This document shows positions 50,263-60,142 of a stretch of DNA of 64,000 nucleotides, in pieces. The stretch lies in NCBI GenBank assembly GCA_963675595.2, contig CAXXLZ010000002.1, forward strand, positions 1,920,001 to 1,984,000, given 5' to 3'. Both the position numbers and the translations under genes were made by a program. This DNA is from Thermodesulfobacteriota bacterium (GTDB lineage Bacteria; Desulfobacterota; Desulfarculia; JACQYL01). The notes under the pieces are model-generated. The model saw only the letters and a list, made by a program, of their open reading frames with translations, did no database searches and had not been told where the DNA came from. Every line of letters starts with the position of its first letter. Position 1 is the stretch's first letter.

Positions 50263-50604
50263 ATGAAATTTTGGCGACTCCCTTTGGACGCCGAGCGGCA
50301 CTCGATGCCCGTGGGCCGGCTCAATATCATCGCCGATCGATGCAAAGGCTGCGGTTTCTGCATCGAATTCTGCCCCAATAGGGTGCTGGTGGAATCCAAA
50401 TCCTTTAATGTAAAAGGATACCATCCTCCCGAACCTTTGCCAAACCGCGAACTCGAGTGCGTCAACTGCAACCTGTGCCAGGTGATCTGCCCTGAATTCG
50501 CAATCTACAGCACGCTCAAGCTCTCCAAGCCGCTGACGCAAGACGACGTGGTACGATACTGCGAAATGATGAAGACCCGGAGGAAAGACTATGTCCGCGG
50601 ATGA
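50263..50604 (+). CDS. korD: 2-oxoacid:ferredoxin oxidoreductase delta subunit (2x[4Fe-4S])
   Basis: CKGCGFCIEFCP and CVNCNLCQVICP; overlaps the alpha subunit gene. Confidence 0.85.
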   Translation: MKFWRLPLDAERHSMPVGRLNIIADRCKGCGFCIEFCPNRVLVESKSFNVKGYHPPEPLPNRELECVNCNLCQVICPEFAIYSTLKLSKPLTQDDVVRYCEMMKTRRKDYVRG

Positions 50605-51748
50605 TCCGGCCGTCCTGACGGGAGTGCATTTTCTCAACGGCGATATAGCATGCGCCGAGGGCGCCCTGGCCGCGGGATGCACGTTTTTCGCCGGCTATCC
50701 CATCACCCCGGCCACCGAAGTGGCCGAACGAATGTCCAAACGCTTGCCGCAGACCGGCGGCACCTATGTTCAAATGGAGGACGAAATCGCCTCCATGGCG
50801 GCGATTCTGGGGGCCTCCTGGGGCGGCGTCAAATCCATGACCTCCACCTCGGGACCCGGCTTTTCCCTGATGATGGAAAACATCGGGCTCGGCATGATGA
50901 CCGAAACCCCGTGTGTATTGGTGAATATCCAGCGGGCCGGACCCTCGACCGGTCTCCCCACCCTGGTCGGCCAAGCGGATGTGATGCAGTCCCGTTGGGG
51001 CTCTCACGGTGATTACGGGGTGATCGCCCTCTCCCCTTCGTCTCCGCAGGAAATGTTCGAACTGACCATCGAGGCGTTTAACCTTTCCGAGCGGTTTCGT
51101 TTGCCGGTGTTCATCCTCTCCGACGAGATCGTCGGCCACATGTTCGAACGAGTGGTCATCCCGCCGGCGGAGGAAATTCACCTCGTATCGAGGCCCAAAC
51201 CCAAAGTTCCCCCGTCGGATTGCACGCCCTACCAGGGAGACGAAGACCTGATTCCCCCCATGCCCTGTGCCGGAGAAGGATACCGTGTGCACGTCACCGG
51301 TTTGACCCATGACGAGATGGGCTATCCCCACATCGTACACACGACCCAGGAGCGCACCGTGCGTCGCCTGGTGGACAAGATACGACTCAACGCTCCTGAA
51401 ATCCTTCATGTGGAATCTCTGTTTCTCGAGGACGCGGATACGGTTCTCATCGCTTACGGATGCGTCGCCCGCAGCGCCCGAGAAGCGCTGGTACAAGCGA
51501 GAGCGGAGGGGAAGAAAGTGGGGATGCTTCGCCTGATCACGCTCTGGCCGTTTCCGTCGAATCTTGTCCGGCAATTGACCCAGACCGTGAAAACCTTCAT
51601 CGTCCCCGAAATCAACTACGGTCAAATCGCCTATGAAGTCGAGCGTTGCGCGGGAGGGAAAGCGGAGACGGTCCTCATGGGCATGATGGGAGGCACCATG
51701 CATACCCCGCAGGAAATTTTGGACGTCATTGAGGAGTTCTCACGATGA
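50591..51748 (+). CDS. korA: 2-oxoacid:ferredoxin oxidoreductase alpha subunit
   Basis: GYPITP, QMEDE, TSGPG and QRAGPSTG motifs. Confidence 0.92.
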   Translation: MSADDPAVLTGVHFLNGDIACAEGALAAGCTFFAGYPITPATEVAERMSKRLPQTGGTYVQMEDEIASMAAILGASWGGVKSMTSTSGPGFSLMMENIGLGMMTETPCVLVNIQRAGPSTGLPTLVGQADVMQSRWGSHGDYGVIALSPSSPQEMFELTIEAFNLSERFRLPVFILSDEIVGHMFERVVIPPAEEIHLVSRPKPKVPPSDCTPYQGDEDLIPPMPCAGEGYRVHVTGLTHDEMGYPHIVHTTQERTVRRLVDKIRLNAPEILHVESLFLEDADTVLIAYGCVARSAREALVQARAEGKKVGMLRLITLWPFPSNLVRQLTQTVKTFIVPEINYGQIAYEVERCAGGKAETVLMGMMGGTMHTPQEILDVIEEFSR

Positions 51749-52638
51749 TTCGCCGCATGGCCCCGGTTACACCGTTCCAGCTCGAATGCCATCTCGCGCG
51801 GGACACGGAACGTCACGGAGTCCATCCCGACGATACCTATCTGAAATCCGGCCGGATTCCCCATATCTGGTGTCCGGGTTGCGGGCTCGGGGTGGTGCTG
51901 AACGCCTTCATCCAGGCACTGAAGGATCGAGAGATTCCCCAAGACGCTGCGCCGGTGGTGTCCGGAATCGGGTGCTCGGGTCGCGCCGCCGGCTACTTGA
52001 ACTTGGACACCTACCATACCACTCACGGACGCGCCATACCCTTCGCCACGGGACTTGCCTTGTCGAGGCCCGATTTGAAAGTCACGGTATTCAGCGGTGA
52101 CGGAGACTTGGCGGCCATCGGGGGCAACCATCTCATTCATGCCGCCCGAAGAAACGTGGACGTCAAAGTCATCTGCGTAAACAACTTCAACTACGGCATG
52201 ACCGGCGGTCAGGCCGCTCCAACCACGCCTCTCGACGCCCGCACGTCCACAACGCCTTACGGCAACGTGGAATACCCCTTCAACATCGTAGGATTGGCGG
52301 CCGCGGCGGGAGCCGTCTATGTGGCGCGCTGGACCACCTTCCACGTCCGTTTCCTGGTGGAAGCCATCGGAGAAGCGATGAGCAAGCCGGGCTTCACTTT
52401 CATCGAAGTGCTCGCGCCCTGCCCCACGGGCTACAACCGCCCCAACAAATTGGGCACAGGCTTGGATGTGATGAAGCTTTACAGAGAAAACAGCGTCATT
52501 CAGCACGGTTTGGACCCGAACAAGGCCGAAGCCGACCCGCGCCGCAGGATCGTGGTGGGGAAATTCATCGATTTGGATCGGCCCACGTTCACTCAGAAAT
52601 ATCAAGACATGGTCCGGAAACAAATGAAGAAATCATAA
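51745..52638 (+). CDS. korB: 2-oxoacid:ferredoxin oxidoreductase beta subunit
   Basis: WCPGCG, SGIGCS, GDGD TPP motif, YGMTGGQ. Confidence 0.92.
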   Translation: MIRRMAPVTPFQLECHLARDTERHGVHPDDTYLKSGRIPHIWCPGCGLGVVLNAFIQALKDREIPQDAAPVVSGIGCSGRAAGYLNLDTYHTTHGRAIPFATGLALSRPDLKVTVFSGDGDLAAIGGNHLIHAARRNVDVKVICVNNFNYGMTGGQAAPTTPLDARTSTTPYGNVEYPFNIVGLAAAAGAVYVARWTTFHVRFLVEAIGEAMSKPGFTFIEVLAPCPTGYNRPNKLGTGLDVMKLYRENSVIQHGLDPNKAEADPRRRIVVGKFIDLDRPTFTQKYQDMVRKQMKKS

Positions 52639-53195
52639 TGGAATCCACAGACAAGAAACAAGAGCTTCGTATCTCCGGGTTCGGCGGTCAGGGAATCGTG
52701 CTTGCCGGAAATATTCTGGGCAAGGCCGCTTCACTTTTTGAAGGCCTCCACGCGGTTTTCACTCAAAGCTACGGTCCGGAAGCACGGGGAGGCTCCTGTA
52801 GCGCGGACGTGGTGATCGCCCAAGAAACCATACACTACCCGCGGGTGACTCGCCCCGACGTCTTGGTGTTGATGAGCGAAGACGCCAAGAACAGCTACGC
52901 AGCCTGCATCCCGGAATCCAAACTGATTCTGATCGATCAGGACCTGGTCCAGCTGGACGAGGCTCCTCCCGGCTCCCGTCTCTTCAAGATTCCCGCAACG
53001 CGCATCGCCGAAAAACTCGGAAGAAAGATCGTGGCCAACATTGTCATGCTGGGCTTCATCACGGCAGTCACGGGAACCATCAGCCACGATGCGATGAAGC
53101 AGGCCATCCTGGCCAGCATTCCCGCGGGAACGGAGGAACTCAATCTCAAAGCGTTTGAGGAAGGTTTCAACTACGGCCGGAAGCATTACGCCTGA
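52638..53195 (+). CDS. korC: 2-oxoacid:ferredoxin oxidoreductase gamma subunit
   Basis: GFGGQG, QSYGPEARGG and ANIVMLG motifs. Confidence 0.92.
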   Translation: MESTDKKQELRISGFGGQGIVLAGNILGKAASLFEGLHAVFTQSYGPEARGGSCSADVVIAQETIHYPRVTRPDVLVLMSEDAKNSYAACIPESKLILIDQDLVQLDEAPPGSRLFKIPATRIAEKLGRKIVANIVMLGFITAVTGTISHDAMKQAILASIPAGTEELNLKAFEEGFNYGRKHYA

Positions 53196-53337
53196 GAGGT
53201 TCCAAATTTCCGGAAACCGTCACCCGACGTTTCCACCGGCACGTAATCGAGACTCTCTTCCCCATAATCGTCCGGATCGATCCAAGCATCCCACAAGCGC
53301 TTGAGCGCTGAACGCTACGAATAGGAGAACCGCAAAC

Positions 53338-55776
53338 TTGCACGTGACCAAGGAAAAGACCAGACCCAAGTCCGAGGATCAGGCCCGTGTGGGCGTGTTC
53401 GTATGCCATTGCGGACTGAACATCGGAGGCACCGTTGACGTGCCGCAAGTTGCCGAGCGGGCGGCGGACCTGCCCGGAGTCGTGTTTTCCAGCTCCAATC
53501 TGTACACGTGCTCCGAGCCCGGACAGGAAGAGATCAAGAAGGCCATACGCGAACACAATCTGAACCGTGTGGTCGTGGCCTCCTGTACTCCTCGCCTGCA
53601 TGAACCCACGTTTCGGGCGGCCTGCGCCGAGGCCGGATTGAATCCCTATCTCTTCGAGATGGCCAACATCCGCGAACACTGCTCGTGGGTTCACCTCCAC
53701 GATAAGGAGCCGGCCACGGAAAAGGCCATGGATATCGTTCGCATGGCCGTGGCCCGGGCACGCCTTCTCGAACCCCAAATCGAGGCGGTGGTTCCCGTTA
53801 CCAACCGGGCTCTGATCATCGGAGGCGGCGTCGCGGGCATTCAGGCCGCCCTCGACCTGGCCGACGAGGGGTTCAAAGTCTACCTTGTGGAGCGCGGCGC
53901 ATCCATCGGTGGGCGTATGGCCCAGATCGACAAGACATTTCCCACCATGGACTGTTCCATCTGTATCCTGGCCCCTAAAATGGCCGAAGTGGGACGTCAC
54001 AAGAACATCACGCTCCTCACCATGAGTGAAGTGGTCGGGCTGGAAGGATACATCGGCAATTTCCGGGTGAAGGTCCACAAGAAGCCCCGGTATGTGACCG
54101 ACCAATGCACCTCGTGCGGAGACTGCGTCAAGGATTGTCCCCAGCTTGCTCCGGACGAATTCAACGAGGGTTTGTCCACGCGTCGGGCCATCCATATTCC
54201 TTTCGCCCAATCCGTTCCTTCCTCTTATGTCATCGACATGGACCTCTGCCTCAACAAGGAGGGCATTCTAGCCTGCGACAAGTGCCTGCAGGCCTGCAAG
54301 GCTCACTGCATCGATTTCGCACAAGGCGAGGAGGACATGGAGATCGAGGTGGGCGCCATTATCGTGGCCACCGGGGTGGATGTTTATGACCCGACCCCGC
54401 TCACGGAAATGGGCTACCGGCGTTTTCCCAACGTCATTACCAGCCTGGAGTTCGAAAGACTCATCAACGCGGGAGGCCCTTCGCAAGGACACTTGATACG
54501 TCCTTCCGACCAGAAAATCCCTAAAAAGGTGGCCTTCCTGCAATGCATCGGGTCCCGCTCCACGCGCGCCAACAAATATTGCAGCAATGTCTGCTGCATG
54601 AACACCATCAAGAACTCCCTGCTCATTAAGGAGCACTGGCCCGAGACCGAGATCAAAGTCTTTTACATCGACATCCGGGCCTTCGGAAAAGGGTTTGAGG
54701 ACTTGTACCGTCGAGCCCGCCGCGAAGGAGTCGAATTCATCCGGGGCATCCCGGGAGAAATCATCGAGGACCCGAGTACCCAGAACCTCGTGCTTATCGG
54801 CGAGAACATGCACCTCGGCGAATGGTACAAGTACGAGGTGGACATGGCCATTTTGAGCGTCGGCCTGGAACCCCGTGCGGACAGCAAGTATCTGCAGCAG
54901 CTGCTGAATCTTTCCGTGGGCAGGGACGGTTTCTTTCTCGAAGCCCACCCCAAACTCCGTCCGGTGGACACGGCCACGGGCGGCATTTTCCTGGCCGGTT
55001 GCGCCGAAGGCCCCAAAGACATTAAAGACAGCGTCACCCAGGCCAGCGCCGCCGCCAGCCGGGCGAGCATCCTGCTGAATCGAGGCGAGGTGACCATCGC
55101 GGCCATTTCCGCCTCCATCGATCCGGATGCGTGTACCGGATGCGGCATGTGCATCAGCGTCTGTCCGTATAAAGCCATCCGAAAAGACGAGGAAACAGGC
55201 AAGGCCGTGGTCATCCAGGCCTCCTGCGCCGGCTGCGGCACCTGTGCGGCGGAATGCCGCTTCGAAGCCGTGAACATGCAACATTTCAGTGATGTTCAGC
55301 TCTACTCCCAAATCAAGGCGGCCACCGTCGAAGAACCCGAAACGAAGATTCTGGCTTTCTGCTGCAACTGGTGTTCTTACGCCGGCGCGGATTTCGCGGG
55401 TGTCAGCCGCATTCAATATCCCACGCAAGCCCGCATCATCCGCACCATGTGCTCGGGGCGGGTGAGCATGGATTTCATTCGCTACGCATTCGCCCGAGGC
55501 GTCGGGGCTGTTCTGGTCAGCGGATGCCATCCCGCCGATTGCCATTACATTAACGCGAATGTCCAGACGGAAAAGCGCGTGAAGAATATCTGGAAAGAAC
55601 TCCAGAAAAAGGGCTTGACCCCCGACCGCCTCCAACTCGCATGGATCAGCGCCGCGGAAGGACAAAGATTCGCCTCCGTGATATCCAAAACCACCGAGAT
55701 TCTTTCGCGCATTACTTTCCGCGAAATCGAGAAAACCAAAGAGGCGTACCGGAAGTACCTGAAAAAGGGAGAGTAA
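53338..55776 (+). CDS. hdrA: Heterodisulfide reductase subunit A fused to a C-terminal MvhD domain
   Basis: VFVCHCG, IGGGVAG, DKTFPTMDCSICIL, CSNVCC and ferredoxin motifs, then FCCNWCSY...CSGRV...GCHPADCHY. Confidence 0.93.
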   Translation: MHVTKEKTRPKSEDQARVGVFVCHCGLNIGGTVDVPQVAERAADLPGVVFSSSNLYTCSEPGQEEIKKAIREHNLNRVVVASCTPRLHEPTFRAACAEAGLNPYLFEMANIREHCSWVHLHDKEPATEKAMDIVRMAVARARLLEPQIEAVVPVTNRALIIGGGVAGIQAALDLADEGFKVYLVERGASIGGRMAQIDKTFPTMDCSICILAPKMAEVGRHKNITLLTMSEVVGLEGYIGNFRVKVHKKPRYVTDQCTSCGDCVKDCPQLAPDEFNEGLSTRRAIHIPFAQSVPSSYVIDMDLCLNKEGILACDKCLQACKAHCIDFAQGEEDMEIEVGAIIVATGVDVYDPTPLTEMGYRRFPNVITSLEFERLINAGGPSQGHLIRPSDQKIPKKVAFLQCIGSRSTRANKYCSNVCCMNTIKNSLLIKEHWPETEIKVFYIDIRAFGKGFEDLYRRARREGVEFIRGIPGEIIEDPSTQNLVLIGENMHLGEWYKYEVDMAILSVGLEPRADSKYLQQLLNLSVGRDGFFLEAHPKLRPVDTATGGIFLAGCAEGPKDIKDSVTQASAAASRASILLNRGEVTIAAISASIDPDACTGCGMCISVCPYKAIRKDEETGKAVVIQASCAGCGTCAAECRFEAVNMQHFSDVQLYSQIKAATVEEPETKILAFCCNWCSYAGADFAGVSRIQYPTQARIIRTMCSGRVSMDFIRYAFARGVGAVLVSGCHPADCHYINANVQTEKRVKNIWKELQKKGLTPDRLQLAWISAAEGQRFASVISKTTEILSRITFREIEKTKEAYRKYLKKGE

Positions 55777-55777
55777 G

Positions 55778-56248
55778 ATGTCCGTCCAGAAAGTCTGGAG
55801 CCTTTTCGACCGAAGTCAACTCTACGAATGCTACGAATGCTCGAGGTGTTCCGGAAGTTGTCCGGTCACCCTGTCCGAAGTGGGTCTGGGACCACGGAAG
55901 ATCCTTCTGAGGTGTCTCCAACAAGGCGAAGAGGCCGTGGTCAAAGATCCCATGATCTGGTACTGCACCACATGCCAGGTCTGCCAAGACCGATGTCCGC
56001 AGGAGATCGATATCCCCGAACTGCTCACGGGCCTCAGAAACATGGCCTCCACCCGCGGCAATATGCCGGAGCGAGTCAAGTTCAGCGTCGAGAAGATCGC
56101 CAAGACCGGACGATCGGTTCTCGCTTTTCGCATCGAACGCGAACGTCAGAGGTACGGCCTACCCGAGTTGACGGAAATCAACACGGAAGAGATCGTGGCT
56201 CTGCTGACGGAAACCGGCTTCTTTCGGGACCTCAAGATCACTCCTTGA
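55778..56248 (+). CDS. hdrC: Heterodisulfide reductase subunit C-like
   Basis: CYECSRCSGSCP and WYCTTCQVCQDRCP. Confidence 0.9.
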   Translation: MSVQKVWSLFDRSQLYECYECSRCSGSCPVTLSEVGLGPRKILLRCLQQGEEAVVKDPMIWYCTTCQVCQDRCPQEIDIPELLTGLRNMASTRGNMPERVKFSVEKIAKTGRSVLAFRIERERQRYGLPELTEINTEEIVALLTETGFFRDLKITP

Positions 56249-56428
56249 CCAAATAAGGAAAGCAGGTTTCCGGACTTACAACGTTTTTGCTCCCGCTTCG
56301 GACGGACGGTCCCCCACAGCCGCTCCGAATTGCGAACCGTTCATCAGGGATTTTTTGGGTGCGTCCTGTATCTCCCGAAACGTCCGGCTCCCCGTCGAGG
56401 GAATAACCCGGACCAGAGGAAACGAATT

Positions 56429-57352
56429 ATGGGCCTAAGATATGCCTTTTTCCCGGGATGTGTCATTCCGGCCAAATATCCCCACTTCGAAAGCGCCACC
56501 CGTCTCGTGGCCGAAAGATTGGGAATCGAGCTGGTGGACCTCCCTTTCAGTTGCTGCCCTTCATCATCCAACATGAAGCTGGTTCATTACGATTCCTGGC
56601 TCACCTTGGCCGCCCGCAATCTCTGCATCGCCGAAGAGCAGGGCCTGGACATCATGACCATTTGTACGGGATGCTCGAGCACCCTCAAGGAAGTCAATTT
56701 CATTATGAAGGAAAAACCCCATCGGGCCCGTAAGGCCAACCGGCATTTGAAGAAAATCGGAAGGCAGTATGAGGGCGGCATCGGGGTGAAACATTGGTTG
56801 GACGTGCTTTACGACGACGTGGGTCTCGAAGGCATCGCCGAGAAAAAGGTCTACGATCTGAACATGAAGATCGCCTGCCACTACGGCTGCCATTTGTTTC
56901 GACCCGGCTACATCATGTACCCGGAGTTCCTTTCACCCTCGCATTCGTACGTACCCACGTCCATGGAGGAGATTCTGGAAGCTCTCGGCGCGGACCCCGT
57001 GGGATTCATGCGAAGGTTCTTGTGTTGCGGGTATCCATTGTCCGCCAACGTGGCCGAGGAACCCTCCTATAGCATTCTGAGGGAGAAGCTTTTTTACATG
57101 AAGGCGGGCGGAGCCCAGCTCATTTCCGTGGCCTGCGCTTCCTGTTTCGAGCAGTTCGAGCTCGGGCAGCTCTCCCTTAAGAGAAACCGTAAGGAAGACT
57201 ACGGCTTCCCCACTTTGTATATTTCACAGCTTTTGGGCCTGGCTTTCGGTATAGACCCGAAAAAGCTGGGGCTAAAGGAACACATCTACAAAGCCAAGCA
57301 TCTGCTGCCTTTGTTAAGGGAATGCACACCCGCAATGAGTGCATCCGTGTAG
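56429..57352 (+). CDS. hdrB: Heterodisulfide reductase subunit B-like
   Basis: Two CCG-type domains: FPGC...SCCP...CTGC and HYGC...CCG...CASC. Confidence 0.92.
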   Translation: MGLRYAFFPGCVIPAKYPHFESATRLVAERLGIELVDLPFSCCPSSSNMKLVHYDSWLTLAARNLCIAEEQGLDIMTICTGCSSTLKEVNFIMKEKPHRARKANRHLKKIGRQYEGGIGVKHWLDVLYDDVGLEGIAEKKVYDLNMKIACHYGCHLFRPGYIMYPEFLSPSHSYVPTSMEEILEALGADPVGFMRRFLCCGYPLSANVAEEPSYSILREKLFYMKAGGAQLISVACASCFEQFELGQLSLKRNRKEDYGFPTLYISQLLGLAFGIDPKKLGLKEHIYKAKHLLPLLRECTPAMSASV

Positions 57353-57403
57353 TCGCAGTTCTGTTGTGTCGGTAATCATTCTGACGAGGAAAGGTGGTAC
57401 ACT

Positions 57404-58567
57404 ATGAAAATTCATGAATACCAGGCGAAGACGATCCTGGCGCGTCACGGAATCCCGATTCCGGAGGGACGGCCGGCTTTCTCGCCTGAGGAAGCACGCA
57501 AAGTCGCCGAGGAGATGGGCGCGCAGGGATACGTAGTCAAAGCTCAGGTTCACGCGGGCGGAAGAGGCAAGGCCGGAGGAGTCAAACGAGCTTCGACCCT
57601 CGACGAAGTGGAAGCCGCGGCTCGGACCATCATGGAGAAGCCTTTGGTCACAGCCCAAAGCGGACCCGAAGGCAAAAAGGTCAATCGGCTGCTCGTGGAG
57701 CAGGCGGTGCCCTTCAAGCAAGAGCTCTATCTGGGGATCACCGTTGATCGCAGCTCCGCGGCCCCGGTGCTGATCATGAGTACGGCGGGCGGTATGGAGA
57801 TCGAGGAGGTTGCCGCGAAGCAGCCCGAACTCATTCTCAAGGAAACGGTCCATCCGCTCACCGGCCTGGTGCCGTTTCAGTGCAGAAACCTGAACTTCTC
57901 CCTCGGCTTCGGAGCGGGAACCATCAAGGAACTGACCCAGTTGCTCAATCAGGCCTACGAGGTCTTCATGAAGTACGATTGTTCCCTCGTGGAGGTGAAT
58001 CCTCTCGTACTCACCGAAGACGATCACTTCCTGGCTTTGGACGCCAAGATCAACTTCGACGACAACGCTTCCTATCGCCACAAAGAACTCGCCGAACTCC
58101 GGGATCCGGACGAGGAAGACCCTCTGGAAAGAGAAGCCTCCGAATTCAACCTCAACTATATCCGTTTGGACGGCAACGTGGGCGCCATGGTGAACGGCGC
58201 CGGATTGGCCATGGCCACCATGGACCTGATCAAACAGGCCGGGGCCGAGCCCGCCAACTTTCTGGATGTCGGCGGCGGAGCCAACGTTGAGATGATTACC
58301 GCGGGGTTCAAGATCATCTTAGGGGACTCCAGGGTTCGGGCCATTCTGATCAATATTTTCGGCGGCATCCTCAGGTGCGACGTGCTGGCCCAGGGCGTGA
58401 TCGAGGCGGCAAAGACGGTGAAGATCCAGGTGCCCCTCATCGTGCGCCTTCAGGGCACCAATGTGGAAGAGGGCCGTAAAATGCTCATGGAATCCGGGCT
58501 CGACTTCCAGGTGGCCGAAACCATCAACGACGCCGCAAAACTGGTCGCCGCCGCGGTCAACGCGTAG
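57404..58567 (+). CDS. sucC: Succinyl-CoA synthetase beta subunit
   Basis: [32 protein letters not shown] and NIFGGI motifs. Confidence 0.96.
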   Translation: MKIHEYQAKTILARHGIPIPEGRPAFSPEEARKVAEEMGAQGYVVKAQVHAGGRGKAGGVKRASTLDEVEAAARTIMEKPLVTAQSGPEGKKVNRLLVEQAVPFKQELYLGITVDRSSAAPVLIMSTAGGMEIEEVAAKQPELILKETVHPLTGLVPFQCRNLNFSLGFGAGTIKELTQLLNQAYEVFMKYDCSLVEVNPLVLTEDDHFLALDAKINFDDNASYRHKELAELRDPDEEDPLEREASEFNLNYIRLDGNVGAMVNGAGLAMATMDLIKQAGAEPANFLDVGGGANVEMITAGFKIILGDSRVRAILINIFGGILRCDVLAQGVIEAAKTVKIQVPLIVRLQGTNVEEGRKMLMESGLDFQVAETINDAAKLVAAAVNA

Positions 58568-58580
58568 AGAGGTGTTTCAC

Positions 58581-59450
58581 ATGTCCATACTTGTGAATGA
58601 AAATACGAGAATCGTCGTCCAGGGAATCACTGGAAAGGAAGGGTCGTTTCACGCGCAGCGCTGCATGGAGTACGGGTCCAAAGTGGTGGCCGGCGTCACT
58701 CCGGGGAAGCGCGGCCAAAAAATGGAAGGCGTGCCCGTGTTCGACCGCGTTGGCGACGCCGTGTGGGAGACCGGTGCCAACGCTTCCCTCATCTTTGTTC
58801 CGCCGCCCTTTGCCGCGGACGCCATTATGGAGGCCGCAGCCGCCGGAATCGAACTCATCGTGTGCATCACCGAAGGGATTCCGACCCTGGACATGGTCAA
58901 AGTCAAACACTTTCTCAACGAGACGGGAGCCTACCTTATCGGTCCCAACTGCCCCGGCGTCATCAGCCCGGGCCAATGCAAGATGGGCATCATGCCGGGT
59001 CACATCCATCGGGAAGGAAATGTCGGCGTGATCTCACGGAGCGGGACCCTGACCTACGAAGTGGTGGACCAGATCACTCGCGTGGGCATGGGGCAGAGCA
59101 CCTGCATCGGCATCGGAGGCGACCCCATTATCGGCCTGAACTTCGTTGATCTCGTCGAGATGTTCGAGGAAGACGACGATACGGATGCCATCGTGCTCAT
59201 CGGTGAAATCGGTGGAACCGCGGAAGAGGAAGCCGCAGCCTACATCGAGGAAAACGTTTGCAAGCCCGTGGTGTCGTTTATCGCCGGGCTGACGGCTCCT
59301 CCGGGTAAACGAATGGGTCACGCAGGCGCCATTATCTCCGGCGGCGCTGGACGCGCCCAGGACAAGATCCGAGCCCTTGAGGGCGCGGGAGTCCGCGTGG
59401 TGCATCATCTCGGAGCCATCGGAGAGTTCCTCACCGGATACGTCAACTAG
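58581..59450 (+). CDS. sucD: Succinyl-CoA synthetase alpha subunit
   Basis: QGITG, GPNCPG, SRSGTL and MGHAGA motifs. Confidence 0.96.
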   Translation: MSILVNENTRIVVQGITGKEGSFHAQRCMEYGSKVVAGVTPGKRGQKMEGVPVFDRVGDAVWETGANASLIFVPPPFAADAIMEAAAAGIELIVCITEGIPTLDMVKVKHFLNETGAYLIGPNCPGVISPGQCKMGIMPGHIHREGNVGVISRSGTLTYEVVDQITRVGMGQSTCIGIGGDPIIGLNFVDLVEMFEEDDDTDAIVLIGEIGGTAEEEAAAYIEENVCKPVVSFIAGLTAPPGKRMGHAGAIISGGAGRAQDKIRALEGAGVRVVHHLGAIGEFLTGYVN

Positions 59451-60142
59451 ACATTGGAAATCAGCCGGGGACCGAATATCCGGTCTCCGGTTGCTTTGGT
59501 TCACCGTTTCGTGGCCCGGCCCCCCTGCAAAACCCAGTACAACAAGCCCTTGCCTCATTCCATCCATCCCGATCCGGTGTTCGAGCAAACAGGAAACCGG
59601 AAGCGTCTCTCCAACCACTGAAAAACCCAGATTGGCCCCCATTTCATTAAGAAATGCATCGCCCGGTTGTGTGGAGGCCTCGCAGTGAGACAGGACCATG
59701 GGTTCAGTCGGGGTCCGACTTGCAGGCAAGTATTGAAAATCCCACGCCGCAACCTGATGGGAACCTTCGAGTAATCCTGTTTCCTTCCTTGACCCTGAAA
59801 CACGATGGGAGTTAATCTGTATACTGAACAGTGAATTTCTCTTGTCTTCCTTCCAAATAGCCAACCCACATTATTGATACAGCTTTTGAGTCTCATTAGC
59901 TACATGCCGGTATTGTGTGTTTCCGGAATGTGGAGGATGCTGTTTTCGTCGTATTATGGAGATTCAAGGAGCATTGTTCGGGAGACTTAGCTGTCTTTCC
60001 GGGTGTGGTTCGAATTCCGGGCATACCTTGCTCTTTCGTAATCAGGCCACGCCAGAGGAGACAACCTGGGAGTCGAATAGGTGATACCTCCCAATATCTC
60101 ACGAATGACTTTGTTCTTTAGCTCTGAACCTAACTAAACTTG

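Noticed and set aside
53338-57352. Selenocysteine recoding in hdr/mvhD
   Set aside because: The frames are uninterrupted, with Cys codons at the ligand positions.
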